Of a stretch of DNA of 64,000 nt, positions 61,402 to 64,000 are shown in pieces. How positions within the stretch are numbered: the first letter of the stretch is position 1; every line of letters starts with the position of its first letter. The stretch comes from Phyllosticta citribraziliensis. Its lineage: Eukaryota. The DNA lies in contig NW_027117348.1 in assembly GCF_038025025.1 (NCBI RefSeq), positions 434,001-498,000 on the forward strand, given 5' to 3'. The notes beneath the pieces were generated by a model, which worked only from the letters and a program-made list of their open reading frames with translations, was not told the DNA's origin and made no database searches. A program made the position numbers and the translations under genes.

Positions 61402-64000
61402 AGAAGGCGGCGGTCCCACAGTGGTTGTAGAAAGAATGAGGCATCGTTTACTGCCAGAGTTGCGCCTAGGGAGCGTTCATCCACTGTTACAGCGACGCGA
61501 TGGAAGCAGTCATTTGCATTGACAGTGACGCGTAGGGAGCAGTCGTACACCATCACACATGCGCTTGAAGAACTGTGTTTGTTGCTGCAGCCATGGAGAC
61601 CCGGGAGTCCCATTTCTTGCGACACCCACTTGCTGTGACCTGTGGCCCTTTCGATCAACAACTGATCATACATGATTCGCGACATCGGGAACCGGGAGAG
61701 ATGCCGCGGTGCAGCTCATCAAGCTACATCGATCAGGGTTTGGGAAGCCTCGACGCCGACCGACCATCCGCAGAATGGTAGTGATGGGACTGGCGCGTGC
61801 AAATGACGCGAGACGCCTTGCCAATCGGATTCGAAGACGACGGGCGACGATCTGAGATCATCATCCTCACTCGAATCCTCGAGATTCGGTAGAGCGTTTC
61901 TCGAAGCGGGAAGCTGGCGATACTCAGGGGTCATGAGGAAAACGTCTGCAGCATTTGTTGCATACTTCGTACCCTTTGCCCCTTTGACGCATCCAATGAA
62001 CAGAATCTTGCTTGCTTGCGCCTCGCCTCCTGCACACGGCCATCAAAACTGCCAAACAACTCCATTCGCGGACATCACGAGCCACATGTCCGGCACTTGT
62101 TGCTTGGCGAGTCGAGACACTAGCCGCCGGCGGGACCTTTTTTCTGTGACTCGAAGGGGCTGGCTTACGATGATGAATCGATGATGATGGCGAGTGCCGC
62201 AGAAAAGACCAGCAAGCCTCCCCGAGACCCCGACTTTCCACGTGCAGTCGGTCCCGAACTTCGGCCTTTCCCGCCCGGATGATCTGTACCGATTTGGCCA
62301 ATCTTCCGCTTGGCAGTTGTGTAGGCGCGACGGGGGGGATGTGTTGACTGTCGAGAGTTGGAGCAGCACGACAAGCTCCCATCTTTGCCGGAGACGAAGG
62401 ACCCAATGTAGGTTCGCAGAGCCCCTGCTCGTCGAGAGCCTGCCTGCTCCGCGGCAAAAGAGTCATGATGAAGACAGAAAGAAAGACGGCGCGTCATTCT
62501 GGCGTCAACTTCTCAAGTATTTTGTGCTGACGTCCGTCAGACTTTTGCGGCATTCTGTGTGCTGATCAGCTCGCCAAAAAAAAAAAAAAAAAGATCGTCA
62601 GGTACAGCGGCTGACGGTCTCAGCCTGATGCAACATCCACCATCGAGAAACAGGGCTTTGCGAGGGAGTTGCCGTTTCGCCGTGCCAACAACCGAAGAGC
62701 CCAGACTATCGGCAAGCCGATCGGGACGAATGCCAACGCCTTGGCTCGCTTGTGTGGCATCCAATACCGCCCCTGAAGACGACAAGGAGAACGCGGTGGA
62801 GCGTTTGGTCAGCGAGATTCTGCCTTTTGGATGTCGAGTTGGAGGGGCGCGAGAAGACGTGGCACTGGCTGCGTTAAGCGATCGGGAGCGACAGGCAAGT
62901 GGAGACGGCATATGTAACGCTGCAGCTCAATTACGAAAGCAGTCTGAGGGTGGATCTTCTTTGTCGTAAGTGTTTCACATCTTTCTCCGCATCTTTTACT
63001 GCAACAGCGAGCGTTCAAGAACATGGCAGGGCCCAAGCCCAATCGCGATTTCGAACGACTGCTCCAGCCCGCGACGGTGGGTGGCAGCTCCCTTGGTGTA
63101 GTCCGGTGGCGAAGGACAAATCTCTGCCCACATAAAGTCCCTCAGACGGAGAAGCAACCCGAGAGTAGTGAGGGAGCCCTGTTGTGCATTCATCTGTCCA
63201 ATGTCGGCTTCGCTTCTTGATTTCTCAGCCCGGGTCTTTTCTTCTGCCGCCTGTGTTTTGTGAAGACCCACCAGTAGACAATGGATTCGGAAGTGACGAG
63301 TTCGTGTGGTCAACGGCATGAGTAAAGACGATTCTGCGAAAGGTAGAAGCGCGATGACTTTTTGGAACAATTTTCTTCTCAAGGTGGTTTTAGGGGCGCG
63401 GGCGCGGTCGCGGTTGCGTGTCGCGCAGCTCGCGTCGTGTTGGCGTCGGGTGGTTGCAACGTCCTCGCCGCTGGTTGTCACTCACACGATACTCCCCTCG
63501 ACAAGCTTTTGGATAAGCACCGATGCTGGTCTGGATGGCACCCCTTTCCTCAGCCTTCAAGGTCTCAATTCAGCGCTGATGAGGCCGCTTCACAAGGCCC
63601 ACGCCTTCATTCTCCAGGAACGGCGCAGGATTCTTCGAGCGTTTTCGAGAGGTCCCCAGGCGCTAGAGGACAACACAAAGACAGTTTGAGCATGGCCACA
63701 GAGCTTCCAGACATGTTTCCCCTCGGCTAACCACATGCCAATCGCAGGTTCTTGTCTTTTTCCTGATATCAGATTGTGGTCGCTCAGAACCTTCGATAAG
63801 AGTGCGGCATTTTCCAACGTTCCAGCAAACCAGCATCTCCTCGGACGTTGTTCCGTTCTGCCGGGCCGTACCAGTCAGGGCAGCAAGCTTATCTGGACGT
63901 GGGCAACCTTCCGAACAAGCGGATGACGGCGGTGACATTGGATATCCGGCACTTTGGAAACGGTCCAGCAAGACGGCACGGGGCGGCTCGTTCAGGAAGG

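Noticed and set aside
61700..64000. Short ORFs at the end of the window
   Set aside because: No supportable gene model or homology by eye.

Overview
Eukaryotic DNA from a GC-rich filamentous ascomycete (Pezizomycotina, probably a Dothideomycete). Genes have short introns (about 45-60 nt) with GTRNGT donors, CTRAC-type branch sites and YAG acceptors, so the ORF track splits most real genes; I rebuilt the gene models by hand. Conserved genes: MFS transporter, ATG1 kinase, HIRAN-SNF2-RING (Rad5/HLTF-like) helicase, RPS28, HIS1, thioesterase, 4CL-like acyl-CoA ligase, an intron-containing tRNA-Leu(UAA), cytochrome P450, CCP1, ACO2-type aconitase, methionyl-tRNA synthetase, Fe-type alcohol dehydrogenase and a Zn2Cys6 transcription factor. 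Orphan-rich stretches lie between them. The main unexplained items are: (1) a 652-aa gene built from five exons that each encode one copy of a ~50-aa domain I do not recognise, with all five introns in phase 2; (2) three dispersed paralogs sharing a GGxPPRxP...GHYxE first exon and intron position, two of them with tandem CCHC zinc knuckles, all three with a coiled coil; (3) a second orphan family with a GxxxxxVxxxxxxDPQxE motif, amplified by exon-plus-intron duplication; (4) a stand-alone HicA-toxin-like ORF; (5) an 87-bp minisatellite with RIP-like mutations. I see no CRISPR array or intact transposon. All splice sites are predictions from sequence only.
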